In this document: piece by piece, positions 34,322-44,249 of the stretch
Layout: every line of letters starts with the position of its first letter
How positions within the stretch are numbered: position 1 is the first letter of the stretch
Virus record (IMG/VR): IMGVR_UViG_3300033148_003991
Coordinates: 1 to 52,577 of that record
Direction: 5' to 3' (one strand)
DNA: 52,577 bases
Source: a virus
Taxonomy: Duplodnaviria > Caudoviricetes
Made by a program: the position numbers and the translations under genes
The notes under the pieces: model-generated
The model's input: only the letters and a program-made list of their open reading frames with translations
What the model was told of the DNA's origin: nothing
Database searches by the model: none

Positions 34322-36553
34322 TTAAGGGATAGTAGTTGTTTCCTCTCCGTCCAACACCGCCTTGAGCGGTTCATCGACCCGGACTCGATCATCGTTACAC
34401 AAACGATTCATCATCTTGATCTGGGGCTCCAGCTTATGCACAGGAGTATGATGTTCGCCGGTCTTGGGGTTCAGGCCGTCGAATACCCAGGACTTTACTT
34501 CCTTCTCGCCCTGGTCTCGATATTCCTTCAGATACCCGCCCTTGTAGAAGGTTATCCCCGTGATCTTCAGTTCCTTGATGTTATAGGACAGAAGATCGGC
34601 AACAGCAGCCAGGCCAGTATTCGGCCTGGATTGCAGTTCACGCTCCATCGCATCGTAGACGCCGGCGTCAATAACGTGCAGGGGAAGTTGCGCTGTCTGA
34701 TTGCGTTCGCGGAAGAGCGCCAGAAGCGGGCGTGACCAGTTGTAGGTATCGGGATACGGGCTGGCCACCCACGTAACTCCTTCGGCTTTCCACAGATCGG
34801 GTTCGACCCTGTTCGGCTGCGGCTCGATGACGGACTCGGAGAAGCAGTTGTAGAGAATGTCGGTTCTCGTCCCGATATCCACCTTGAGATTCGGCGGAAC
34901 GGGCAGCGCCCGGTTGAGCCGCACCACAACATCGTGGGAGTCGATCAACTGTTGTTGGTTGGACCCGCGTATTTGCGGGGCGGGACCGACGAGGATTACT
35001 GTTTTCCCTTCGAGATACGCGGCGAAAAGAGCATCCTTTGCCGGAGCACCAGGGCGAGGACCACGAGGGACATATTCATCTATCTCCTCCTTCAATTGCG
35101 CTATTTCAGCCTTGATATGAGCCTTGCCCAGGGGTCCGGTCCAGTGCTTGATAATCGTCTCGGGCGGGTCTTCACCGTGGTCCAACCTCAATCGCTGGTA
35201 ATGATTGGGCGCGATCACGAACTCGTCCGGCGTGATTGTCTGACCGAGAGCCTGACGTTCCGCGTGCATTTCATTCAGCATGACATTGAGAGGCGCGTCC
35301 GCCCCTCTCCATCGCGCCGGATCCGCGAACAGCTTTTTCGTCCAACGAGTAATTAACGCGTCGCCGTGTTTGTAAGCGATCGCGCCCGATGCGACAGCAG
35401 GTATGGCGGGTGTTTCGCCAATCTCTTTTTGTGTCCAAGGATTCCAAGGGTCCTCCGTTACCACAACAGCGTCCTTGAAGCCGAACCACGGTTCGAGACT
35501 CGCCCGAACCTCACAATCAAGATCTATCACCAAGGTATGTTGGAACGGTGTCTGATGCATCTGAACGGGTCGGCGGAAGAAAATCTTGTCGGGCTTGAGC
35601 AATTGGAACACCCGGCCGCGCTTACCGCACCATTCGACCATTTCCGGGCTCATGCCAAAGTCCGTGAAACAAATCGGAATATCCGGGTTGTGCTTCCGCA
35701 GATTGTAATACCACCACGGAAGCATCCATTCGTGACTGCTATTACAGCCGGTCAATACACCTTTCGGCGGGCCGTCCTTCGGAAGATCGTGCCAGCGGAA
35801 CAATTCGGAATCCGCGGCGTCCCAGACCTTCGTGTCGTATGTCTGAGGTATCCGCTTCTCACTGGCCTTAATAGCCTCTTCCAGCGGTATATAGGGCATG
35901 TACTTGCCGTTCATCGGACTGCCCGGCGAACACGAGATGAACTCGACCCCAAACTCCAGGCCGTTCGCCACGATCAGGCCGAGTTGGGCCAGGAGTTGCT
36001 CGTAGAGCATCGCGTTGCGCTTCTTCTGCTCGTCCCTCAATACCCGATCATCGCAGTAGTCCGCGCTACCGCCCCAATCACAACCCAATAGGTGAATCCG
36101 CTTGGCTCCCAACCCGAACAGGATAGACAAAGCAGCCGTGAAGCTATCTCCGTTCCAGATACTCATATCCGTATTGAGGTCGCGCTGGAACAACTCGCAT
36201 GTCTTGTCCTGGGTCTTGTCATCGCCGTCGGCGAACCACATCATCGGAAGGGTTTTCCGCGGCCTGCCCTCGACTATCTCGTTAAGGAACCTGGTCCCGC
36301 CGATCTTGTAGAATGGCTCGTACGCCAACCCTCGGTCGTATGAGTCCAAGGCATCGTACCCAATCCATAAATCCGGCCGTACCGTCGGATAGGCGGTATT
36401 CAACGCCACCACCAACCGGCCCGGACCTTGCAATATGGATGCGTCAATGTTTTTCAATGACGGCCCGGGACAACAAAAGTACACGTCCAAACCCATCATC
36501 TGGCGAGCGAGCAATACAGGCCGCATGTTCTTCCCGTCAAACTGTATCAGCAT
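34322..36553 (-). CDS. Three-domain glycosyltransferase (Maf/DUF115-CstII-like + GT-A DxD + GT29 sialyltransferase-like)
   Basis: Domain 1 CPGPSL...LNTA...PDLW...AKRIHLLGCD; domain 2 WMLPWWY...TPFQHTLVIDLDCEV; domain 3 GKTVILVGPAP...IDSHDVVVRLN...DIGTRTD...PNTGL...ITGITFY. Confidence 0.8.
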   Translation of the reverse strand: MLIQFDGKNMRPVLLARQMMGLDVYFCCPGPSLKNIDASILQGPGRLVVALNTAYPTVRPDLWIGYDALDSYDRGLAYEPFYKIGGTRFLNEIVEGRPRKTLPMMWFADGDDKTQDKTCELFQRDLNTDMSIWNGDSFTAALSILFGLGAKRIHLLGCDWGGSADYCDDRVLRDEQKKRNAMLYEQLLAQLGLIVANGLEFGVEFISCSPGSPMNGKYMPYIPLEEAIKASEKRIPQTYDTKVWDAADSELFRWHDLPKDGPPKGVLTGCNSSHEWMLPWWYYNLRKHNPDIPICFTDFGMSPEMVEWCGKRGRVFQLLKPDKIFFRRPVQMHQTPFQHTLVIDLDCEVRASLEPWFGFKDAVVVTEDPWNPWTQKEIGETPAIPAVASGAIAYKHGDALITRWTKKLFADPARWRGADAPLNVMLNEMHAERQALGQTITPDEFVIAPNHYQRLRLDHGEDPPETIIKHWTGPLGKAHIKAEIAQLKEEIDEYVPRGPRPGAPAKDALFAAYLEGKTVILVGPAPQIRGSNQQQLIDSHDVVVRLNRALPVPPNLKVDIGTRTDILYNCFSESVIEPQPNRVEPDLWKAEGVTWVASPYPDTYNWSRPLLALFRERNQTAQLPLHVIDAGVYDAMERELQSRPNTGLAAVADLLSYNIKELKITGITFYKGGYLKEYRDQGEKEVKSWVFDGLNPKTGEHHTPVHKLEPQIKMMNRLCNDDRVRVDEPLKAVLDGEETTTIP

Positions 36554-37137
36554 CTCTTCTCCAGTAACACCGCGCCACAGATTGAACCAAACCTATCAAT
36601 GAGCACAAACCCATGCTCCAATAGATACGGGACAGCCGTCGCGCCTTTCCCGTGAAACTTCTCTTCCTTAATCCCGGTGTCGTCGATACAGACTAACCCG
36701 CCTTTGCAGACCTTACTGACCAACTCCTTAGCGCATGCCAGGTGCATCGCCTCGCAATTCTCTTGGGTGAACTTCAGACCAAAACCCGCGTAAACCGGCC
36801 GGTACTTCATGGTATGCGGAACGACAAGGTCAAATGCGTCCAGATAAACACCCGCGAGACTGTCATCTTCCAGAGTGGCCAGGAACACGGCACCATCGAG
36901 ACATACCGCGTCATGTCCCCGGCAATCGTCCGCCTTCACCAGGGCCGCCTTCGCGCGTCCGGGCAGGATATCGCAGGTCGTGAAGCAGAAGTCACAACGA
37001 TCCGCGAGCTTCACCAGCGCGGTAGTCGAGCCACCACCCCTCGTGGAGCCGATTTCCACTAAATGCCGGGCTTGACAGCGCGAGAGTCGTTCCTGATGCT
37101 CGACCAGCAGGTCGTGCCCGTGCTTCTTCTTTCCCAT
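36547..37137 (-). CDS. Class I SAM-dependent methyltransferase (Methyltransf_24-like)
   Basis: LVEIGSTRGGGST...VYLDA...GGLVCIDD. Confidence 0.78.
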   Translation of the reverse strand: MGKKKHGHDLLVEHQERLSRCQARHLVEIGSTRGGGSTTALVKLADRCDFCFTTCDILPGRAKAALVKADDCRGHDAVCLDGAVFLATLEDDSLAGVYLDAFDLVVPHTMKYRPVYAGFGLKFTQENCEAMHLACAKELVSKVCKGGLVCIDDTGIKEEKFHGKGATAVPYLLEHGFVLIDRFGSICGAVLLEKRC

Positions 37138-37158
37138 GTTACATCCTGACTAGACCAA

Positions 37159-37506
37159 TCACCCCCGCACCTCGTCCCGGTCGAAATACCCCAGCTTCTT
37201 GAGGCATTTCAGCTTCGCGTTGCGGTCCTTGAACACCACATCTCCATCTGGTGCATAGTGCATGTCATCTCCTAAACCCGCGTCCGTAATCTTCTTCGTT
37301 GCTTCGGGGACCTGAAAAGCCTGGACGCCGATTGACAGACTCCTGATGTTCTTCGAGTCACGCTTGCGCAGCGAATCCAGACCGCCCCGAGCGCGAACCA
37401 GTTTCCCGTCGCGTAGCACGAACGTTCCAGTTGCCCTCTTCCCCTCACCAAAGACCCTGCGATAACCCCTGTCAAAGTTGTGTCGGCTCTTCGTTCCCTT
37501 GCCCAC
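37159..37506 (-). CDS. Hypothetical basic protein
   Basis: 115-aa ORF in the head operon. Confidence 0.6.
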   Translation of the reverse strand: MGKGTKSRHNFDRGYRRVFGEGKRATGTFVLRDGKLVRARGGLDSLRKRDSKNIRSLSIGVQAFQVPEATKKITDAGLGDDMHYAPDGDVVFKDRNAKLKCLKKLGYFDRDEVRG

Positions 37507-37822
37507 TTGCGTCCTTCCTCGGCCGTCCGGGCCCGCGCTTGACTGGAGCCTTGGCCTTCTCTTTCATCGCCAGAATCTGCTTGGTGAGCTTGGCGACGTG
37601 ATCCAATGCCGATCCTTCGCGTTGTTCGGCCTTCACAACCTGCGCTTCGAGCTTGGCGATCTGCTCTTTCTGCTTGGCATAACCCTCGACGGCCTTCATC
37701 ACCAGACCCGATTGAGATATGGGACCAAACTCCTGGCCCAGGGCGAATACCACCCTCCTCGCCGCCTCGTCGAGTTGGATCGGCTCGAATGTCGGCGCCT
37801 GTGTTTGCGTCTCTTCAGTCAT
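37472..37822 (-). CDS. Hypothetical coiled-coil protein with an AT-hook-like KRGPGRPRK
   Basis: AGGAG RBS and the motif. Confidence 0.6.
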   Translation of the reverse strand: MTEETQTQAPTFEPIQLDEAARRVVFALGQEFGPISQSGLVMKAVEGYAKQKEQIAKLEAQVVKAEQREGSALDHVAKLTKQILAMKEKAKAPVKRGPGRPRKDASGQGNEEPTQL

Positions 37823-37831
37823 TGCTTTCTC

Positions 37832-37951
37832 CTAACGTTTACCCTTCTTGATCTTCGCCATTGTCCCGTAGACATAGCGATCTTTCCGCTTACCCTTGAA
37901 GCCCTTCTTTCTTGCCTGCCTGTTTAGTTTCTTATGGAGTGCTTTGGGCAT
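37832..37951 (-). CDS. Small highly basic protein (39 aa)
   Basis: Manual translation: MPKALHKKLNRQARKKGFKGKRKDRYVYGTMAKIKKGKR. Confidence 0.6.
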   Translation of the reverse strand: MPKALHKKLNRQARKKGFKGKRKDRYVYGTMAKIKKGKR

Positions 37952-39644
37952 TGGACTCCCTCGTAGGTGAAGGTTCAGGGCGCGTCCCTCCCGCGCGCCC
38001 CAAACTGATATTCGTGGTTTCCGCGCCCCCCGGAGCAGCCATCCCTCCCATCCCCGTCATGGGTTCCATCGACCGGAAGATCGTGTCCAGCTCCCGCATA
38101 TTCCTGTACCGACCCGCCTGTGCCACCAAACCGTGCACGTCCAGCATGTAACCCTGTGCCGCCGCGATGTCCTGGTTGGGCACAATTATGTGGTCAACAA
38201 TCTCCATCAAGTCCCGATATTTCCGCTCTGGCGAATCCGGCGACATCGAATAGGGGACGATGTCGAAGTTATAGTCGAGGAAGTCCCCCTCTCTCTGCTC
38301 GGGAGAAAATACCACCGGAACGGAAACGCCCTCGCTTTCGTAAGTCAAGGGCATTTTGCTTTGGGGGTCGGTCCAGAGATACCACGCGAGCTTCTTGCCG
38401 ACCTGCTTGAGAAAATCATACACCTGCACCCGCATATCATCTATACGAATCGAGGCGTTTCCCATCAGCATTTCGTCCTGGCCCAAGGTCTTGCTCTGGG
38501 CGGACATGCCGCCCATCAGGTCCGTGTTTCCTCCTAAGCGACTGACCTTGTCTTCCAGGAAGGCCTGATGCTCGTAGACCTTCTCGTTCGTACCTCCGTA
38601 AGAGACCGACTCGAACCGGCTGACATCCTGGACCCCGAGCATATCACCGTCCGCGGCGCCTTCTATCGTTTCGGCATCCTTTGCAGCCGTCAGATCGTAC
38701 AGCAGCACGTCCTTCTGCCGTTGAGCCTGGTTCGCGGCTTTGCGGGCGTTGATGTTGATGAGCAAGTGGAGGTCGAAGATAATCGAGGCAAGAGATAGTG
38801 GTATGGGGTTGTTGGGCACCCAATGGAACCCCAGCATCTCATACGGTCCTCTTTCAGGCCCTTGCCACTCCTGCTCTCTCAAGTACCCTGCTGTTGCTTC
38901 GGCATCGGCCGGGATTGTCAGGACCATACGTTCGGCGGGCAACCACAAATCCCAAAACTCGAAGTACTCGAATATATCCTCGTCCTCCGGGCCCGGCGAC
39001 GTGCTCATGTCCTCCGCCCGAGCCGGCCCCTTCAGCGCCTTGGAATGAACCATAAGCCGTTCGAGAATGGCCTTATCATAGAGGCCGGACCTGAAGGCAT
39101 AGTCCCTACTGACCCTGTAACGGTTCCCCTCGAAGTCGCAGGACTCTCGTGACCGAGTTTGCGAGTCGATGATATAGTCGTCAAAGTCCACCGGGTCGGC
39201 AAACGCCTGGCCCGCATCGTGGAGATAGCCCGCGTCCGTATCGCCATCTTCGTTTATGGCGGGCCCGAAGTCCAAACCCGTCTTGATGATGCCGGGTCCG
39301 AAATAAGCGTCGAGAACAACGTTGCGTAGGGTCCGCCGCAAGTCAATCTCTCGCGCCATGTGATCCCATCGCAACTCGAAGATGTTGGCCATCGGGCGCA
39401 ATTCGGGATTGGCGGTCGTAATCAATGCGCGAGGGTCGCGAAAGACCAGATGGGGGACATAGAGGGAGGCGTGGGAGAAGAGGGTGTTCATCGGCTCTTT
39501 ATGTTCGCCGACTTTCGCCCCGTAGTGATTCCCCTTGTACTCGTTCAGGAATGTGTACCGCTGCTCCTGGAAAGGCGCAAGTCTGGCCTTACCCAGTTTC
39601 ACCGCCTCCGCCAAACGTTTGGAACTGACTTTTCCCTCGCTCAT
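37932..39644 (-). CDS. Portal protein (podovirus type)
   Basis: 570 aa; LDAYFGPGIIKTG, VDFDDYIID and FDLHLLIN motifs; position between TerL and scaffold. Confidence 0.85.
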   Translation of the reverse strand: MSEGKVSSKRLAEAVKLGKARLAPFQEQRYTFLNEYKGNHYGAKVGEHKEPMNTLFSHASLYVPHLVFRDPRALITTANPELRPMANIFELRWDHMAREIDLRRTLRNVVLDAYFGPGIIKTGLDFGPAINEDGDTDAGYLHDAGQAFADPVDFDDYIIDSQTRSRESCDFEGNRYRVSRDYAFRSGLYDKAILERLMVHSKALKGPARAEDMSTSPGPEDEDIFEYFEFWDLWLPAERMVLTIPADAEATAGYLREQEWQGPERGPYEMLGFHWVPNNPIPLSLASIIFDLHLLININARKAANQAQRQKDVLLYDLTAAKDAETIEGAADGDMLGVQDVSRFESVSYGGTNEKVYEHQAFLEDKVSRLGGNTDLMGGMSAQSKTLGQDEMLMGNASIRIDDMRVQVYDFLKQVGKKLAWYLWTDPQSKMPLTYESEGVSVPVVFSPEQREGDFLDYNFDIVPYSMSPDSPERKYRDLMEIVDHIIVPNQDIAAAQGYMLDVHGLVAQAGRYRNMRELDTIFRSMEPMTGMGGMAAPGGAETTNISLGRAGGTRPEPSPTRESNAQSTP

Positions 39645-40206
39645 TGATATCCCTACTGTATCCGAACATCTCAAACTCGGCCCCTGCCCACATCTGGATG
39701 TTCCTCGCTATGTCCTCGTCGTAATACGTTTCCCATGGCTCGTGGGGAGTCTTGCCCTCGTGTCCTTCCGGCCCCGGCCCCTCCCACAACGGCAGCATCC
39801 TGCATTCGTCGCTGAGATATTCGAGATGCATAAACTGATTCACCAACACACCGCTGAACCATCTATGCTGAGGCCAGAGAATGGTGGGGCCTGGCGGGTG
39901 CTTGGACAGCCACTGAGCAAACCCCCCAAACGTCTTGTTCCATTCAGCCTGCTCTACCCACCTTTGACCACAAGCTCGAACGTTTTTCGTCGCGGCCCAC
40001 CATATCGAGACCGCCCTGGCATATGGATTCCGACATGTGGCAAACGTAAACCAACCGCGGCAGTCCTTCGGTATCACCCGTCCATGGTATCCATGGCCCT
40101 TATAGTGATACCCCCCAAACCGCTCTTTGAGCACCTTGAACATCGTGTGACTGCCGGTGCGCTCACAGGAGATGTAGACCGCTTTATGATTCGGAAGAAT
40201 TATCAT
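39589..40206 (-). CDS. Sulfotransferase family 2-like protein
   Basis: 5'-PSB-like YISCERTGSHT, 3'-PB FATCRNPYARAVS, PQ..W, and YY...EFEMFGY end. Confidence 0.8.
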   Translation of the reverse strand: MIILPNHKAVYISCERTGSHTMFKVLKERFGGYHYKGHGYHGRVIPKDCRGWFTFATCRNPYARAVSIWWAATKNVRACGQRWVEQAEWNKTFGGFAQWLSKHPPGPTILWPQHRWFSGVLVNQFMHLEYLSDECRMLPLWEGPGPEGHEGKTPHEPWETYYDEDIARNIQMWAGAEFEMFGYSRDINERGKSQFQTFGGGGETG

Positions 40207-40573
40207 CAGCACTCAACTCATGTTCCCACCCGTCCGACTGCATCTCGGCCGTAAGGGCGTCTTCGCGTTCCTTCGCCTTCTTCCGTCGTATGCGTTCGCA
40301 CTCCTCACAACGACATAGCCGCGATTCCGCCAAGTCTTGTTCCCACTTAATCCGCTCTTGTTGCAACATTGCGCCAACAGTAAACATAACAGTCGATGCA
40401 AACACGTCCGGCTGCCCTGCCGCTTGCAACAGCTTGCGCAATGGTTCCTCCATTGGGAATTGACAATACTTCTGCAATTCTTTCGCTTTCCTGTCGCGCT
40501 CTTGCGCAACCGCCGCTTTCACCGCACGGTGAATCAGGGCTTGAATGTCGTCTTTCATCACAAGGCCCATCAT
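40184..40573 (-). CDS. Hypothetical protein
   Basis: In operon; CRCEEC motif. Confidence 0.55.
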   Translation of the reverse strand: MMGLVMKDDIQALIHRAVKAAVAQERDRKAKELQKYCQFPMEEPLRKLLQAAGQPDVFASTVMFTVGAMLQQERIKWEQDLAESRLCRCEECERIRRKKAKEREDALTAEMQSDGWEHELSADDNSSES

Positions 40574-40752
40574 TCCGGCGCAGTGTCACTCACCTGCTCG
40601 TGGTACAAGCATGTACCGTAGTCTTCAGCCGATCCGTTACAGCCAGTAGGCAAGGGTACATGACGGCACGTACCGCCGCGCTCATAGGGTTCGGCGTCAT
40701 ACCACCGGCACGCGGCACAAATATCATCTCGTAATTGATACTCGTCGTTCAT
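40570..40752 (-). CDS. Small Cys-rich protein
   Basis: CAACRW...C...C..H. Confidence 0.55.
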   Translation of the reverse strand: MNDEYQLRDDICAACRWYDAEPYERGGTCRHVPLPTGCNGSAEDYGTCLYHEQVSDTAPE

Positions 40753-41231
40753 GACTTTTCGACCCCGGCCAACTGTTCTTCAATCCATAGCCGCGTATCA
40801 GGATGTAGGCGCATCTTGCCTTTATTCACAGCATACCAATGGCGTACGTCAGGAGTGCCTTGAGCGCGCCCGGCGCCTCGCCAGTCGGCTAACATCTCAC
40901 GACGGGCGACACTGGACATAGCAAGAATCTTGTCTCCGCCATCATCTTCAGGCAGAATCCACCATTGCCAATGATGGTCATTGCGTTTTTGATGCAGGAA
41001 CCAAGCAAAGTCAAACGAGGCATCCCCCGTATCTGTGGGTTTGTAGTATCCAGTTTTGTCTCTCGGATTATGAGAATAGAAGAAATTCGCATACGGGAAC
41101 CACTCGCTGGGCCGGAACTTACTGGAATCATGTACGATTCCACGCCATAGTAATCCGAGCCGTAGACACTCGATGAAAACAAACCATTTGTGCCGTAAAA
41201 CATACCAACCGTATTTTAGATGTTGCCGCAT
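40749..41231 (-). CDS. DUF5662-like HD-fold protein
   Basis: HKWFV...HDSSKF...HQKRNDHHWQWW...EMLADW. Confidence 0.75.
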   Translation of the reverse strand: MRQHLKYGWYVLRHKWFVFIECLRLGLLWRGIVHDSSKFRPSEWFPYANFFYSHNPRDKTGYYKPTDTGDASFDFAWFLHQKRNDHHWQWWILPEDDGGDKILAMSSVARREMLADWRGAGRAQGTPDVRHWYAVNKGKMRLHPDTRLWIEEQLAGVEKS

Positions 41232-41938
41232 GACTTTTCCTTGACCACGAATGCATCATAGTCTGCCCGCGTGTCTATCTTTATCCCATAATAAGGCACG
41301 GCTTCACAATGAACGTCGTACCCCGCCTCCAGCCATCGCAACTGTTCTAATTGCTCAACCTGTTCAAGTCGCGCCGGCTCCCATGAGGCATAAAGCCGTA
41401 ACAATTGTACAGAATACAGGTATACTCCATGATGTAACCACCACCATGCCCCACCGTTCGGAATATCCGACCGCGAGAAATACAGGGCTTTGTGGTCTGG
41501 GGTACATACAACCTTCACGACATGTAGGTTCGATCGCCAATCATAACCCACCTTGGACATCAATGTAGTAACGAACCTGAGATTGTTCTCGTGTTTACGA
41601 ACTGCGATATCAACAAGTGCCGACATCATGTAAGGCTCGTCGCACTGCACATTGACGACCGTTGTATTATCAGACAATCCGAGCTGTTTGGCGGCGTCCG
41701 CACAACGTTCCGTGCCGTTACGACACTTTTCCAATGACAGTATCGCCTCACCGCCAAATGCGCGGACAAGACCAACGATCTCCTCGGAATCCGTCGCGAC
41801 AATAATGCGGTCAATTCGCTTGCCGCCTTGCACCGCCTCGTAGGTATGTTGAATGAGTGGTTTACCTGTCAACGCCAAACAGGGCTTGCCCGGCAAGCGC
41901 GACGAATGATATCGCGCAGGAATTATTATAACCGCCAT
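41216..41938 (-). CDS. kdsB: 3-deoxy-manno-octulosonate cytidylyltransferase (CMP-Kdo synthetase)
   Basis: IIPARYHSSRLPGKP, VATDS, GTERC, VNVQCDEP, VKVV, ALYFSRSDIP, LEQVEQLEQLRWLE and IDT motifs. Confidence 0.9.
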   Translation of the reverse strand: MAVIIIPARYHSSRLPGKPCLALTGKPLIQHTYEAVQGGKRIDRIIVATDSEEIVGLVRAFGGEAILSLEKCRNGTERCADAAKQLGLSDNTTVVNVQCDEPYMMSALVDIAVRKHENNLRFVTTLMSKVGYDWRSNLHVVKVVCTPDHKALYFSRSDIPNGGAWWWLHHGVYLYSVQLLRLYASWEPARLEQVEQLEQLRWLEAGYDVHCEAVPYYGIKIDTRADYDAFVVKEKSCGNI

Positions 41939-41948
41939 CTCGCTTCTC

Positions 41949-43730
41949 CTACCACCGCTTCGCCAACTGCTGTTTCCGCTCAAACGCCCTGCGGCGAGCC
42001 GCCCAACTCTTGTCAGGGGGTGTGCTCTGCTTTCTTTTGACCTTACCCTGTTCCCGTAGACATAGGACGATACCGGCAGTAGCAATCACCCGGTCGCCAT
42101 GTGTCGCCTTGGCGCCGCTTCCTTCCTCCGCAAACGATGCAGGCTCCGGTTTTCCAGACGAACCCCACTGGTAACTCTCCATCTCCACGATCGTCGCTTC
42201 GTCGTGGATAAACAGTTCTTGACGTTTGAGGAAGCCTTCCAGGTCTGATAGTACCGTCTCCCGCGTGTTGGTGGTGCTCCACCAGCCTACCTTGCTGTCT
42301 TTGGGGTACCATGGGATATCGGGATTCGGGTTTCCGAGACACCATCCGTAACCCAAACGCGAGACCTCGTGGCTAAATCCACCCGAGTTGTTTGCTTCCC
42401 ATCCGAGTAATACAGGCACTCCGCCCCCAAACCACTTACATACTGAAACACAATATTGGGCGAACTCATGGGGGGGCAGGTCTGGAGAGACCAGCAACGC
42501 ACATTGCTCTCGCGTCGTTGTCGAGACCACGGCCAGGACACTATTACTCGCCCCGGTTCCCTGCGAAATGTCGGCAAAAGCGACATAGTTCTGCTCCTGA
42601 GAGGGTCGAACCAACATGTTCAAGTCGGGGTCCAGGGGGCACCACACGCTTAACCTTCGTCGCCCTCCAGGTACCCACTGGACATCCCGAAGCCCGTACT
42701 TCCCCTCGACCTTTCCCACTTCGTACGTCAGTTCCCCGGTGAATATGGGGTCGTACAACTGATCGGATGCACGATATCGCTGCAACAACTGGAGATCGTA
42801 GAACGCCTGACCCGACGCCCGATACTCGATATCGAGCTCCTGGGCGATCTCCTGCCTGCTGGTCCGCCGAGCGCATTCGGCCTCATACCAAGGAGAGGTC
42901 CACTTTTCCTCACCGTCTATCGTGACCAGTCGCTTGCCCGCGCCCTTTTCGGGATGCTGCGACCAGTGCAGGGTGGTTATCGGCACCTTCCCGCTGAATC
43001 GGACGTTGGCAAAGGCGTTACCCATACCCATAGGGGTAGAGTTGAAGATTCTGCAAGGCGTGGCATCGGCGGTGGCCGCGAGAATCGCGGTGCCTTTTTC
43101 AACGGCCGCGAACTCGTCGAGCAGAATCGCGTTGCGGCGCCCGCCTTTGCCGATGTCCTGGTTCGTCGATTCGCCGTCGAGCACCGACTTGTTGTCCAAG
43201 TTCTTCAGGTGCATGTGCCGGCGGGAGAACTTCGGCCGCATCCACGTGGGCTGGTTCTCGATCAGATAGTCAAGCTTCCAGAATAAGCAGTCTGGGTTAC
43301 CCGCCGAATCGACATACTCCTCCTTACGCGACGCCACCAGGAACGTCATGTCCCCATGGAATTGCCAGAACCATAGCAAGACAGTCAGGCACAGCCAGGA
43401 AGCGCCCATGTCGCGGGATTTGTCAATAAGTCTGTCGTAACCTGTATTGACAGCATCCCACAGTTGGCGCGCCGCGTTATCCTGAAACTCCCAAGTGATA
43501 AAGGGCAAGTGCGGAGATTCGCCCGTTTTGATCTTGCGCGGGTCGAATGTCCAGGCAACCGCGTTCAGCCACCAGAGATATGCGTCTGCCGACCTATACC
43601 CCGCGATGAGCTTCCAGCTTCTCCTCCACTCACGAGGGCACCGCGCCAGGTGCCGCCGATACGCCAGGTTCCTCTCCAGGTCCTTCGGCACTTCCGCCAG
43701 ATAGTGTTTGGCTAACTCCGCTAACTCCAT
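41949..43730 (-). CDS. terL: Terminase large subunit
   Basis: KSRDMGASW Walker A variant, ILLDEFAA Walker B, NSTP, QELDI, nuclease FADISQG...WEANN...HGDRVIA. Confidence 0.92.
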   Translation of the reverse strand: MELAELAKHYLAEVPKDLERNLAYRRHLARCPREWRRSWKLIAGYRSADAYLWWLNAVAWTFDPRKIKTGESPHLPFITWEFQDNAARQLWDAVNTGYDRLIDKSRDMGASWLCLTVLLWFWQFHGDMTFLVASRKEEYVDSAGNPDCLFWKLDYLIENQPTWMRPKFSRRHMHLKNLDNKSVLDGESTNQDIGKGGRRNAILLDEFAAVEKGTAILAATADATPCRIFNSTPMGMGNAFANVRFSGKVPITTLHWSQHPEKGAGKRLVTIDGEEKWTSPWYEAECARRTSRQEIAQELDIEYRASGQAFYDLQLLQRYRASDQLYDPIFTGELTYEVGKVEGKYGLRDVQWVPGGRRRLSVWCPLDPDLNMLVRPSQEQNYVAFADISQGTGASNSVLAVVSTTTREQCALLVSPDLPPHEFAQYCVSVCKWFGGGVPVLLGWEANNSGGFSHEVSRLGYGWCLGNPNPDIPWYPKDSKVGWWSTTNTRETVLSDLEGFLKRQELFIHDEATIVEMESYQWGSSGKPEPASFAEEGSGAKATHGDRVIATAGIVLCLREQGKVKRKQSTPPDKSWAARRRAFERKQQLAKRW

Positions 43731-43947
43731 TATCCCTCTCGTGGCCCGCTTTACGGTCAGTCACGTACCAGTGCAAATGATCTTTAATCGCCATGAAGAG
43801 CGCGAATTCATTCGCTAAGCGGTTTTCCATCGCCTCGCTTCTCGCCTCCAATTGTTTCACCCGTCTATCCATCGCCCTCCAACCTGCCACCAGGTCGGCC
43901 ATGGTGAAGGGCTGCGGCTCTTCCGTGAAGGGCTTCTCGTCAGTCAT
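43630..43947 (-). CDS. Hypothetical protein
   Basis: GGAGAAGCAATGA junction. Confidence 0.5.
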   Translation of the reverse strand: MTDEKPFTEEPQPFTMADLVAGWRAMDRRVKQLEARSEAMENRLANEFALFMAIKDHLHWYVTDRKAGHERDNGVSGVSQTLSGGSAEGPGEEPGVSAAPGAVPS

Positions 43948-44249
43948 TGCTTCTCCATCCTGTCCAACTCCTCACCGATGTAGTTGTACAATTGTGTCAA
44001 TGCGCTGCGCCATCGTGTCTGCATCAACTTGTCCACATCTTCGTCAGACAACTTCTCGATCTCGCACACACTTACGGCAACATCCGCGCGACCATGACAA
44101 TATGTAATGCCAACATCGGGTTGTCCGGCATCGGTAAACATGCCAAACAGGTCAAACGAATTGGAATGCAGACTGCTCGCGCGAAACGCCGCGGCTACGC
44201 GATCCCACGACTCCTGGAGGCGCTTGTGTAAGACCTTCCAGTCAGTCAT
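43944..44249 (-). CDS. Hypothetical protein
   Basis: GGAGAAGCAATGA junction. Confidence 0.55.
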   Translation of the reverse strand: MTDWKVLHKRLQESWDRVAAAFRASSLHSNSFDLFGMFTDAGQPDVGITYCHGRADVAVSVCEIEKLSDEDVDKLMQTRWRSALTQLYNYIGEELDRMEKQ

